64,000 nt of DNA from an uncultured Dehalococcoidia bacterium (GTDB taxonomy: Bacteria > Chloroflexota > Dehalococcoidia > Lucifugimonadales > QGNO01). A program made the translations under genes and the position numbers. The stretch is taken from assembly GCA_964493125.1 (NCBI GenBank), contig CAZBMS010000002.1:153-64152 (forward strand). The letters run 5' to 3'. The notes below the pieces were generated by a model. The model saw nothing but the letters and a program-made list of their open reading frames with translations. It was not told the origin of the DNA and ran no database searches. This document shows, piece after piece, positions 18,682-27,557 of the stretch; the stretch's first letter is position 1, and the number at the start of each line of letters is the position of its first letter.

Positions 18682-20112
18682 ATGGAGGGAATGATGGGAA
18701 ATTCTAAAGTCGATACGGTTGTGCATGGTGGCACTGTTGTCACCCCAACTCACACCTTTGAGGGTGGGGTAGCTATCAAGGGCGAAAAAATTGTTGCTGT
18801 CGGTCCAGACGACATGCTACCCGACGCAGATAACTATATAGATGCTACAGGGAAACAAGTCTTCCCAGGGGCCATCGATGCACATAGCCACTTTGACAAT
18901 GTAGATCCTTATGAACTTGGAATTAAGGCTGCTGCTTTAGCAGGACTAACAACTGTGCTACCCTTTGGCGGGTACGATGTGAACGCCAAAGAAACGTTGC
19001 CTCAAGCAATCAACCGTCTAAGGGATAGGTTAAATAAAGAATCAGTATTGGATTATTCCTTCCATTTCATACTGGATAACCCCGAGTACATATTAGAAAG
19101 TCTCCCCGAGGCTCTTAGCATGGGAGTAACTTCCTACAAACTGTTCATGACATATAAAAAATCCTTGACTCGTATGTGCAGCGACGCCTTCATAGCCAAG
19201 GCAATGGATATAATCGCCGAACATAACGGAATAATGCAGTTACACTGTGAAAATGGGGACGTGATCGACTACCTAGAAGACAAGAGGATTGCCGCAGGGC
19301 TGACAAAACCCACAGATTTTCCCGCGAGTTGCCCAATTTGGGTTGAAGAAGAGGCAATTAACAGAGCTATAAATCTGGGCAAGATGACCAACTGCCCTAT
19401 ATACGTTGTTCATTTGAGTACACAGGCTGGGCTGGAGCGAATCAAACGTGCGCAGAGTGAGGGACAAAAGGTATGGACAGAAACTTGCCCTCAGTATCTC
19501 TTACTGGATGAATCAGCGATGGAGACTCTAGGTCCATTAGTGAAAATAGGTCCACCCCTACGTCCATCAGACCACATTAATCAAAAAGCCATGTGGGATG
19601 GAGCTGCCGAAGGATACATATCAGCGATTGGTAGCGACCACTCTCCTGGCTCGAAAGAGCTTAAGGAAAAGGGGCGTGAAAACATATATGTAGCCGATGA
19701 TGGAACGCCTATCCCTTTTGGTGCTCCATCTATTGAAACATTGGTGCCTCTTGTATACAGCGAAGGCATTGGCAAGAGAGGCTTGCCACTAACATGGATG
19801 GCAAGAGTGCTATCCGAAAACCCAGCGCGTATTTTCGGGATATACCCAAGAAAGGGTGCTATACGACCAGGATCAGATGCTGATTTACTAATATATGACC
19901 CTAATGTGACCAAAACAATAACAGCAGATGATCATATAGGTAACTCCGGCTACACTCCATACGAAGGTTGGACCCAAATAGGCAGTCCATGGATGACCCT
20001 ATTGAGAGGCAAAGTAGTACTGAATCAAGGTAAGCTTGAACAGAATTCAGGATTTGGCGAATTCATAAGTGCCGCCGCACCTCTACCACCCGTTGGCGGT
20101 AGGGTGAACTAG
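18682..20112 (+). CDS. Cyclic amidohydrolase (D-hydantoinase / dihydropyrimidinase-like)
   Basis: Metal-ligand motifs are in the expected order: IDAHSHF, the carboxylated-Lys region SYKLFMTY, HCENGD, VVHLST and GSDHSP. Confidence 0.85.
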   Translation: MEGMMGNSKVDTVVHGGTVVTPTHTFEGGVAIKGEKIVAVGPDDMLPDADNYIDATGKQVFPGAIDAHSHFDNVDPYELGIKAAALAGLTTVLPFGGYDVNAKETLPQAINRLRDRLNKESVLDYSFHFILDNPEYILESLPEALSMGVTSYKLFMTYKKSLTRMCSDAFIAKAMDIIAEHNGIMQLHCENGDVIDYLEDKRIAAGLTKPTDFPASCPIWVEEEAINRAINLGKMTNCPIYVVHLSTQAGLERIKRAQSEGQKVWTETCPQYLLLDESAMETLGPLVKIGPPLRPSDHINQKAMWDGAAEGYISAIGSDHSPGSKELKEKGRENIYVADDGTPIPFGAPSIETLVPLVYSEGIGKRGLPLTWMARVLSENPARIFGIYPRKGAIRPGSDADLLIYDPNVTKTITADDHIGNSGYTPYEGWTQIGSPWMTLLRGKVVLNQGKLEQNSGFGEFISAAAPLPPVGGRVN

Positions 20113-20122
20113 GAGAATTAGC

Positions 20123-21496
20123 ATGACAGATTATTTGGATACCCTTTCCGATTTCGCAGCCACTACTAGCTACGAAGATTTTAGCGTGGACGCTATAAAA
20201 GCTGCGAGAGAGGTGGTGCTCGATACCGTTGGTGCGATCGTTGCCGGGTATACTCTCCCGGAAAACGCGGCCTTGGCCAAACTAGCTGCTGAAAGATCTG
20301 CTCCACAGGCGTCCACAATATTGGGAGCGGGCTTAAAAGCTGAGCCAATGTGGGCAACTCTAGCAAACGGCACCGCCGGAGTAGGTTTGGAGATGGACGA
20401 AGGCAATAGATACGGCGGAGGCCATCCCTCCATCCATGTAATGCCAGCGGCTTTGGCTGTTGGAGAAGAACTTCACATTAGCGGTAAAAAGTTCATTGAA
20501 AGTCTTATAGTAGGATACGAAGTCTCGTCTCGACTAGGAACCGCTAGCCGACCTCGTAAAAACGTTCACTCCCACGGCCATTGGGGCACTCCTGGCGCAG
20601 CAGTTGCGGTAGCAAAGCTATCAGACTACTCAGCGCATGACATGAGGAACATAATAAATATATCAACATCAATGAGTCCTGCTAACAGCTGGACACCATG
20701 TTTTGAAGGAGCAACAATCCGGAATGCCTATTCTGGTAGATCTGGCTTCCAAGGTATATTAGCAGTCCACATGTATGAGGCGGGGTTCACAGGCATAAAT
20801 GACGCACCATCTGACATTTTCGGGTCTATCCTTGGTGATACCTTTGAACCAGAAAAAGCAGTTTCAGGATTGAATGATCTCTACCGTATTCAACAAAACT
20901 ACTTCAAGTTTCACGCCTGTTGTAGATATAATCACCCAACTCTGGATGCAGTAATGGATATCAACCAGCGGGATAGCTTCAAATCTAGTGAAATAGAAGA
21001 GGTCCAGGTAGTAACGATAGGAGGTATACCTGAGGGAATGGTAGGACCTTACCCTCCAAACATGTTAAGCGCAAAGTTTAATATACCCTACGCCGTCGCA
21101 TCAGCACTCGTTCTACATAATACCGACATAACCGCCTTCTACGATTCACCTAGAAACGACAAAGATATAGTTGAACTATCAAGTAAAGTCAATGTAACTT
21201 TGGATCCTAAAATGACCATGAGCCGCGATGATCAACCCTGTGCCGAAGTGAAGATAGTGTTAAAAGATGGGAGAATTATTCAAGAAACCGCTACCTCTAT
21301 AAGAGGCGATGCAGCCAATCCTGTAACTCACCAACAATTAATCGAGAAATTCATGTTCATAACCCAAGACAACTTGGATAGGGAAACAGCCGACAGCGTA
21401 GTAAAAACAATTGACTGCCTAGAAACTTTAAGCGACGTCAACGAATTGACATCGCTGCTAAGCGGGCAAGCCTTAGGAGGGCAAAATGGGAACTAA
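20123..21496 (+). CDS. MmgE/PrpD family protein (2-methylcitrate dehydratase-like fold, substrate unknown)
   Basis: 457 aa. The N-terminus (LSDFAATTSYEDFSVDAIKAAREVVLDTVGAIVAG) and overall size are typical of MmgE/PrpD. Confidence 0.82.
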   Translation: MTDYLDTLSDFAATTSYEDFSVDAIKAAREVVLDTVGAIVAGYTLPENAALAKLAAERSAPQASTILGAGLKAEPMWATLANGTAGVGLEMDEGNRYGGGHPSIHVMPAALAVGEELHISGKKFIESLIVGYEVSSRLGTASRPRKNVHSHGHWGTPGAAVAVAKLSDYSAHDMRNIINISTSMSPANSWTPCFEGATIRNAYSGRSGFQGILAVHMYEAGFTGINDAPSDIFGSILGDTFEPEKAVSGLNDLYRIQQNYFKFHACCRYNHPTLDAVMDINQRDSFKSSEIEEVQVVTIGGIPEGMVGPYPPNMLSAKFNIPYAVASALVLHNTDITAFYDSPRNDKDIVELSSKVNVTLDPKMTMSRDDQPCAEVKIVLKDGRIIQETATSIRGDAANPVTHQQLIEKFMFITQDNLDRETADSVVKTIDCLETLSDVNELTSLLSGQALGGQNGN

Positions 21497-22253
21497 TTTG
21501 GATGGTCATGTAGCAGTAGTTACAGGCTCAGCAATGGGCATGGGTAAAGTAACTGCCAAGGAGCTAGCAAGCCGAGGAGCGGCTGTTGCCTGTTGGGACA
21601 TAGTAGGTGACAAAGCAATGGAAACCGCCGAAGAAATAAAAGCAGCCGGACAAAAAGCTATTGGCATACAGGTAGACGTCACCGGAATGAACCAGGTGCA
21701 ACAAGCGGCACAACAAACTGTCGAGGCTCTCGGCGCTGTGGATATTCTTGTAAACGTTGCGGGTGCAAGCCTTGGAGCTCCTCCCGGCTTAGATGATCTG
21801 ACAGAGGAGGATTGGGATGCCGTAGTTAGCTTGAATATGCGAGCGTCCTTTCTTACCGCAAAGACATTTGCGCAAGACATGAAGAAAAAAGGATGGGGTC
21901 GTATAGTAAACATTTCGTCAGGAGCTGGCAGAAGCAACAGTCGTAGCAGAGTGATACCTTATGCTGCAGCGAAGGCTGGCTTATTAGGCCTAACCCGTCA
22001 ACTAGCTGTCGATCTTGCCCCCCACGGTGTAAACGTAAACGCTATCGCCCCAGGCGCAATAGCCACCCTACCGAACGCAGCCTGGAAAAAAATGCCCGCG
22101 GATCAGCAAAGGGATGCCCTACTAACTATACCTGCAGGTCGATTCGGGGAATCTGAAGAGATCGCTGGGGCCATCGCGTTTCTGGTATCGGATGATGCCA
22201 GTTATGTAATAGGTCAAACGCTCTGTGTAGATGGCGGCCATTGGATGTTCTAA
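21486..22253 (+). CDS. SDR family oxidoreductase (FabG-like)
   Basis: TGSAMGMG Rossmann motif, NVAG, and the catalytic YAAAK. 255 aa. Overlaps the upstream gene by 11 nt. Confidence 0.88.
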   Translation: MGTNLDGHVAVVTGSAMGMGKVTAKELASRGAAVACWDIVGDKAMETAEEIKAAGQKAIGIQVDVTGMNQVQQAAQQTVEALGAVDILVNVAGASLGAPPGLDDLTEEDWDAVVSLNMRASFLTAKTFAQDMKKKGWGRIVNISSGAGRSNSRSRVIPYAAAKAGLLGLTRQLAVDLAPHGVNVNAIAPGAIATLPNAAWKKMPADQQRDALLTIPAGRFGESEEIAGAIAFLVSDDASYVIGQTLCVDGGHWMF

Positions 22254-22350
22254 TAATTTAACTGGACAGCATTTTTAGTTTTATTATCTACATGGTCTGA
22301 AGAAATCATTGTGTTTTCACTAGCCAACTTGCGAAGCAATCGGAGGCTAA

Positions 22351-24303
22351 ATGGGTAAGCCTATAAGTTCAAACATAGTTTATCGAACCGTTAACGTCTC
22401 AGCGCCAGATATGTCGAGAGATGGTAAGTTTTTGACTTTCACCAAATCCTGGATAGACGATCAGGAATTAGAAGACAGATCTCAAATTGAAATCACAAGC
22501 TTAGAGGATGGTTCAATAGTTCGATTCACTCATGGCCGCAAGGACTCTCATCCATTGTTCTCACATGACGACAAATATCTAGGATTTTTGAGAGCAGACT
22601 CCAATGGGAAAAATCAGGTATGGACAATTCCAATGAGAGGAGGCGAAGCTGTACAAGCAACCAAGCTTGTTGGTGGGGTAAGTGACTTCTCGTGGTCTCC
22701 AACAGACTACCGTATAGTAATTGTTTCGAATGTTGACCCTGATGAGCTGACAACCGATGACGACCCAAAGAAAAACCCACGGGTGAAAGTTGTAAACAGA
22801 ATAAAGTATAGACACGACGTATTAGGATGGCGTGGTGACGGCCACAGACAATTGTTTGTAGCAGATGTGATTACAGGCGATTGTAGTCAAATTACATACG
22901 GCGATTTCGAAAATTATGCTCCGGCTTGGTCACCAAATGGATATGAAATAGCTTTCATTTCCGAGAGGTCGGATGATAGAGACTTGTTTGATTATTCCCA
23001 AGCATACGTAGTTTCTTCAGCCGGTGGAAATCCGGAGATGCGGTCAAGTGGTCTACACACTATATCCACAATAGCATGGTCTCCAAATGGGAATGGCCTG
23101 ATAGTGGTAGGCTCTGACATTGAGGATGGGAGTGCAAGCTATCAAGGCTGGATATATACTATGAATCCTGGTGAAGGTCCAAAAAAAATTACGGACGACT
23201 CAATAAAGCCAGTAGCTGGTTTCCCACCTCAAGGGCCATTCACAAAAATCCATTGGACAGCTTCAGGTGTAGTTTATTTTCTTGCAGATTCCCAGGGAGA
23301 AACGTTTCTTTGCTCAATATCGGAATCAGGTGGGGAAGTGAATAGAATCTATGGAGGCGATGCACAACTTACCGCCATGTCACTCAATGAAGACAACTCG
23401 CTTGCCGCTGTGGTTTCAATTTCCCCTGAATCACCCGGTAGTATTGAGGTAGTAAAAATTCCGAGCGGCGAATCCAAAAAGATAACCAATTATAACCGCG
23501 ACTACCTGGCAGAGCATTCACTGGCGAAATTGGAAAAGTTCGAGCTCGAAAGAGCAGGATTTAGAATACAGTCCAGAGTCATGCTACCTCCAAATTTCGA
23601 CGATTCAAAAAAATACCCTATGATTCTAGAGATACACGGTGGGCCGAACGGCGTTTTTACTGATGCCTTCAATCCACTGCATCAGGTCTTGGCAAATGCG
23701 GGATATGTAGTGCTTGCAGTTAATCCGAGAGGCTCATCTACTTACGGAAGTGACTTTACGATGGCAGTACTAAATGACTGGGGTGGCGAAGACTACCTAG
23801 ACCTTATGCAAGCGGTAGACGAGATGATCGAAAAACCATACGTCGATGAGTCACGGATGGGAGTTCATGGATACAGTTATGGTGGGTACATGACGAGTTG
23901 GATAGTTGGCCATACTGACAGATTCCAAGCAGCTATAGTAGGTGCTCCTTGCATAGACCTATCCAGTATGTCAGGAACTTCAGACATAGGAATAAGTTTC
24001 GGGGAGAAGCAGTGGGGGGGGCGGCGCGACGTGGTGTTTGATGAACTTATGAAGCGATCACCGATAACTTACGCACCAAACGTAGACACTCCAGTGCTAT
24101 TACTACATGGAGAATCCGACCTGCGATGCCCAATCAGTCAGAGCGAACAATATTTTGTATCCCTTAAACGACTAGGTAAAGAAGTTGAGTTTGTAAGATT
24201 CCCAGATGGAGCGCACGGGTTTAGAAACTCAGGACATATTAAAATGCGGGAAGAGTACCTCAACAGGGTATTAAATTGGTATGAAAAACACCTTCCTAAA
24301 TAG
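22351..24303 (+). CDS. S9 family serine peptidase (prolyl oligopeptidase / acylaminoacyl-peptidase-like) with N-terminal beta-propeller
   Basis: N-terminal propeller repeats. The C-terminal alpha/beta hydrolase domain carries GYSYGG (Ser), HGESDLRCP (Asp) and DGAHGF (His). Confidence 0.88.
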   Translation: MGKPISSNIVYRTVNVSAPDMSRDGKFLTFTKSWIDDQELEDRSQIEITSLEDGSIVRFTHGRKDSHPLFSHDDKYLGFLRADSNGKNQVWTIPMRGGEAVQATKLVGGVSDFSWSPTDYRIVIVSNVDPDELTTDDDPKKNPRVKVVNRIKYRHDVLGWRGDGHRQLFVADVITGDCSQITYGDFENYAPAWSPNGYEIAFISERSDDRDLFDYSQAYVVSSAGGNPEMRSSGLHTISTIAWSPNGNGLIVVGSDIEDGSASYQGWIYTMNPGEGPKKITDDSIKPVAGFPPQGPFTKIHWTASGVVYFLADSQGETFLCSISESGGEVNRIYGGDAQLTAMSLNEDNSLAAVVSISPESPGSIEVVKIPSGESKKITNYNRDYLAEHSLAKLEKFELERAGFRIQSRVMLPPNFDDSKKYPMILEIHGGPNGVFTDAFNPLHQVLANAGYVVLAVNPRGSSTYGSDFTMAVLNDWGGEDYLDLMQAVDEMIEKPYVDESRMGVHGYSYGGYMTSWIVGHTDRFQAAIVGAPCIDLSSMSGTSDIGISFGEKQWGGRRDVVFDELMKRSPITYAPNVDTPVLLLHGESDLRCPISQSEQYFVSLKRLGKEVEFVRFPDGAHGFRNSGHIKMREEYLNRVLNWYEKHLPK

Positions 24304-24392
24304 ATCGTACCAACTATGATTAGCAGCATTGGAGCTAGCATTTCTGTTCAACTCAGACTACTTAAATTCCAATCGAGCATGGTGCCTGCCTA

Positions 24393-24902
24393 GTGACTCA
24401 ATATATACAAATTAGCCTCAAGTTGGCACTATTTATAACTGTTTCTTTCGGCTGGCTTCTCTCAACACAACTAGTTATGGCAAATGGAGCCACTAATATA
24501 GAGTTGTTCAGAAAAACAGAAGGATCCCTACAAATGGTTGTCTTTTCTAGGGATGCTAGCCACAGAGTTGGGCAACTATCTCTGTCGGTCCATTTACTAG
24601 ACAAAAACGTTCCAATTGAAGCAACCGAGGTTTCTATTCATACGGAGGGAATTGACGGTGAGAAATCGATTTCCTATGGAACAATATCTGCCATACTACC
24701 CATACACTACGACGTTACAGTACCAGTAACAACTATAGGTAATTACAATCTCAAGACAGTAGCCAAATTAGATGAATCAATCATTGACGGCAGTTTCATA
24801 ATCACCATTTCAGACACAAAAATCAATTGGGAAATCATTGCATCCGTATTAGTTGGGGTATTGATAGTTCTTCCTGTAGCGATAATTGTAACTAGAAAAT
24901 GA
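24393..24902 (+). CDS. Hypothetical exported, C-terminally membrane-anchored beta-rich protein
   Basis: GTG start, N-terminal hydrophobic signal-like segment, about 110 aa of beta-strand-like sequence, and a C-terminal TM helix ending TRK. I recognise no family. Confidence 0.5.
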   Translation: MTQYIQISLKLALFITVSFGWLLSTQLVMANGATNIELFRKTEGSLQMVVFSRDASHRVGQLSLSVHLLDKNVPIEATEVSIHTEGIDGEKSISYGTISAILPIHYDVTVPVTTIGNYNLKTVAKLDESIIDGSFIITISDTKINWEIIASVLVGVLIVLPVAIIVTRK

Positions 24903-24943
24903 ACTGCGTATAATTGTATCTTGAATGTATAAGTAGATAATCT

Positions 24944-25081
24944 ATGCCTATAAACTCAAGATGCAACTACTCACTCGCAGCCATTCTGGCGCTACTAACC
25001 TTATTTCTCATGAGGTGCGCGAGGAACAGCGAGCCAGTTTCCAGAACATTCGATTTATCCATCGAAGTATTTCCCAAATAA
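24944..25081 (+). CDS. Possible micro-ORF (45 aa) with one hydrophobic helix
   Basis: The ATG-to-TAA ORF I translated is MPINSRCNYSLAAILALLTLFLMRCARNSEPVSRTFDLSIEVFPK. It is below the track cutoff and ends 12 nt before the next gene start. I see no clear SD. Confidence 0.2.
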   Translation: MPINSRCNYSLAAILALLTLFLMRCARNSEPVSRTFDLSIEVFPK

Positions 25082-25093
25082 GGTGATTAACGA

Positions 25094-26647
25094 GTGAAAG
25101 CGACCCCAAAAGTTGTGATCGGACTGTCGATTGCCTTAATACTCAGCTTAGCTATTAAGCCGGCGTATGCACACGGGTTCGGGGAACGATACGATCTGCC
25201 GCTCCCACTATCTATATATATTATTGGCGCTGGTGCCGCAGTAGGCCTATCCTTTCTCCTGATCACCTACCTATTAAGGAACAGCAGATTTTCAGGCTCC
25301 TACGTGGTAGTGAATCTATACGATCATAAAGTCAGCTGGTTACTAAAAAATGTTGTGGTTCGTACTTTCATTAAAGGCTTTGCCTTATTCGCTTTCGTAC
25401 TCACCATAACTTCTGGATTGATCGGTGATCAGACACCAATTAAGAATCTAACTCCAACAATGGTATGGATAATCTTTTGGGTAGCTCTGACATACATATC
25501 CGCTCTAGTTGGTAACGCTTGGAGAATAATCAACCCACTCAAAATTTTATTTGAAGTAGCTGAATGGACATATATACGTCTCTCCAAAAATAATAGTTTG
25601 TCACTAAATCGCGATTACCCCACCCGTCTGGGCGTGTGGCCAGCCTTTGCCCTTTTCTTAGGATTCGCTTGGGTAGAGCTTGTGTATCCTAGTTCAGCTG
25701 TTCCAAAAACTCTCTCTATTTTCATAATTTACTATTCACTAATTAGTTGGATCGGAATGTTTATTTTTGGTAAAGAAAGATGGACAACTAACGGGGACGC
25801 TTTCACAGTATTTTTTGACTTGTTCGGATGTTTTGCACCCACAGAAGTTAGGGTTAGCCTAGATACAATTTGCCTTTCTTGCGGATCTGGGTGCAAATAC
25901 ACCGTTAACGGATGTGTTAACTGTTACGATTGCTTTGATCGATCACCTAAAACAGCCCGACAGTTTAATTTGAGGCCATTCGGAGCAGGACTGCTAAACT
26001 GGGGAGAGATATCTCCTTCTTTATTAGCGACGGTAATACTAATCTTATCTACGGTTACTTTCGATGGGTTCACTGCAACCCCTTTGTGGGTTGACATGGT
26101 ATTTCAGATTCTACCCATTTTTGAGTTCCTTGGTAGCTCTCGCGTGATTGGAGTCACGACTCTCGGTCTTTTAATTTTCCCAATATTGTTTGTTTCAGTA
26201 TACCTAATTTTTTGTAGAGCTATGCGTTACTTCAGCAATGAGTCAACTGACACTTTAAAATTTGCCAAATTGTTTGTCCTCTCCCTGATTCCTATAGCCC
26301 TCGCATATCACCTGTCACACTATCTATCCTACCTACTCATACAAGGACAACTCCTGATAACACTTTTGTCAGATCCATTCGGTTACGGATGGGATCTTTT
26401 CGGAACCGGAGAATTCAAACCAAACATAGCGATAGTAAACGCGAGGTTTGCATGGATACTATCGATGGTGGCGATAGTTATGGGCCACATAATTGCTGTT
26501 TACATATCGCACATAACGGCTGTTAATTACCTAAAAAATCATCGGGCTGCTTTAAAAAGCCAATATCCGATGCTAATTTTGATGATAGCCTACACGATGA
26601 CAAGCCTGTGGATACTAGCACAGCCAATTACGGAATTTAGCGGCTAG
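25094..26647 (+). CDS. Uncharacterised polytopic membrane protein with cleavable signal peptide, predicted N-terminal His and a six-Cys cluster
   Basis: GTG start with AAGGTGA seven nt upstream. A signal peptide ending AYA is followed by HGFGERYDLPLPL. The protein has more than 10 hydrophobic helices, a CxxCxxxCx6CxxCxxC loop (25871-25933), and His pairs in C-terminal helices (YHLSHY, GHIIAVYISH). Confidence 0.65.
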   Translation: MKATPKVVIGLSIALILSLAIKPAYAHGFGERYDLPLPLSIYIIGAGAAVGLSFLLITYLLRNSRFSGSYVVVNLYDHKVSWLLKNVVVRTFIKGFALFAFVLTITSGLIGDQTPIKNLTPTMVWIIFWVALTYISALVGNAWRIINPLKILFEVAEWTYIRLSKNNSLSLNRDYPTRLGVWPAFALFLGFAWVELVYPSSAVPKTLSIFIIYYSLISWIGMFIFGKERWTTNGDAFTVFFDLFGCFAPTEVRVSLDTICLSCGSGCKYTVNGCVNCYDCFDRSPKTARQFNLRPFGAGLLNWGEISPSLLATVILILSTVTFDGFTATPLWVDMVFQILPIFEFLGSSRVIGVTTLGLLIFPILFVSVYLIFCRAMRYFSNESTDTLKFAKLFVLSLIPIALAYHLSHYLSYLLIQGQLLITLLSDPFGYGWDLFGTGEFKPNIAIVNARFAWILSMVAIVMGHIIAVYISHITAVNYLKNHRAALKSQYPMLILMIAYTMTSLWILAQPITEFSG

Positions 26648-26671
26648 CAATTTCGAATCAGGGGATTCACG

Positions 26672-27355
26672 CTATCTCAAATCGAGAGGGTTGATAGATA
26701 CATTGGTATCGTATATATCGATCCCATCCCACTTCTTCACATAGCTTACTGTCAGATACGTTAACGGAGTAGCCACAGTTTCGTAAAAAACTTTGATTAA
26801 CCACTGTGTGACTATTAATTCAGTTAGATTGCCAAATCCCAACGTGCCAATAAACGCCACAGATATGAAAACAACTGAGTCCAATCCTTGGCCAACTACG
26901 GTAGAGCCAATAGTACGCATCCACAACCAACGCCCATTTGTCGCCAGTTTCAACTTAGAGAGTACAGTAGAATTAGCAAACTCCCCTACTAAATATCCAC
27001 CCAGTGATGCAGCAAGTATCCTGGGAGTAGCACCCAATATGGTGTTATACGCCTCATCGTTGCCCCAAAACTCGGCGGCTGGAAGCAAGCCACCCAACCA
27101 AAATCCAAGTACAGCAACAAAGTTGCCCAAGAACCCCAACCAAATTACCCTTCTTGCAAATCTAATTCCGTAGACCTCAGTAAGGATATCGCCAATTATG
27201 TAGGTTAAAGGGAATAAAACAATAGCTGCAGGGACGATCCTACCACCAACTTCAATTATCTTTACAGCAATTATGTTAGACGTTATTAGAAGAGCAATAA
27301 ATAGTGTCGCTAGAGTAACAAATAATCCTGTGATTCTTGGCTGTGAAGTGCTCAT
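26672..27355 (-). CDS. yhhQ: Queuosine-precursor transporter family protein (YhhQ / DUF165, VUT family)
   Basis: 227 aa, six or so TM helices, and the conserved IIGDILTEVYG segment typical of YhhQ-type proteins. Confidence 0.78.
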   Translation of the reverse strand: MSTSQPRITGLFVTLATLFIALLITSNIIAVKIIEVGGRIVPAAIVLFPLTYIIGDILTEVYGIRFARRVIWLGFLGNFVAVLGFWLGGLLPAAEFWGNDEAYNTILGATPRILAASLGGYLVGEFANSTVLSKLKLATNGRWLWMRTIGSTVVGQGLDSVVFISVAFIGTLGFGNLTELIVTQWLIKVFYETVATPLTYLTVSYVKKWDGIDIYDTNVSINPLDLR

Positions 27356-27486
27356 AATTAGTCCCCTAGTAGGCCGATTACCAAAAGGATTATATCATCT
27401 AAGCTGTTCAATAGCCGATACTTTTCTTTCCACTGAATCGGCTGTGTAATTCAAGGTTTGCAAACAAATCCTACCTCGTCATTCGA

Positions 27487-27515
27487 TTGATTGTAGTAAA
27501 TAAGCTAGATAGAAT
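27487..27515 (+). promoter_or_regulatory. Putative sigma70-type promoter for the CocE/NonD hydrolase gene
   Basis: TTGATT, a 17-nt spacer, then TAGAAT (27487-27515), about 40 nt upstream of the ATG at 27558. Confidence 0.4.
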
Positions 27516-27557
27516 CGACCACGTTACTAATGACATTTATTGACTGAAGGAAAAGAA

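Noticed and set aside
21506-21937. Long antisense ORFs inside confidently called genes. Examples: 21506-21937, 32665-33168, 44923-45444, 52438-52959, 13567-13956, 3433-3822, 10054-10440 and 51173-51571.
   Set aside because: Each lies fully opposite a gene with strong family motifs. They have biased or low-complexity translations and no SD, which is typical of shadow ORFs.
27356-27400. Canonical preQ1-I riboswitch upstream of yhhQ.
   Set aside because: The leader lacks the A-rich tail and the conserved loop/ACUA arrangement of preQ1-I. Only a weak SD-pairing helix is visible. It is kept as a low-interest finding, not called as a riboswitch.
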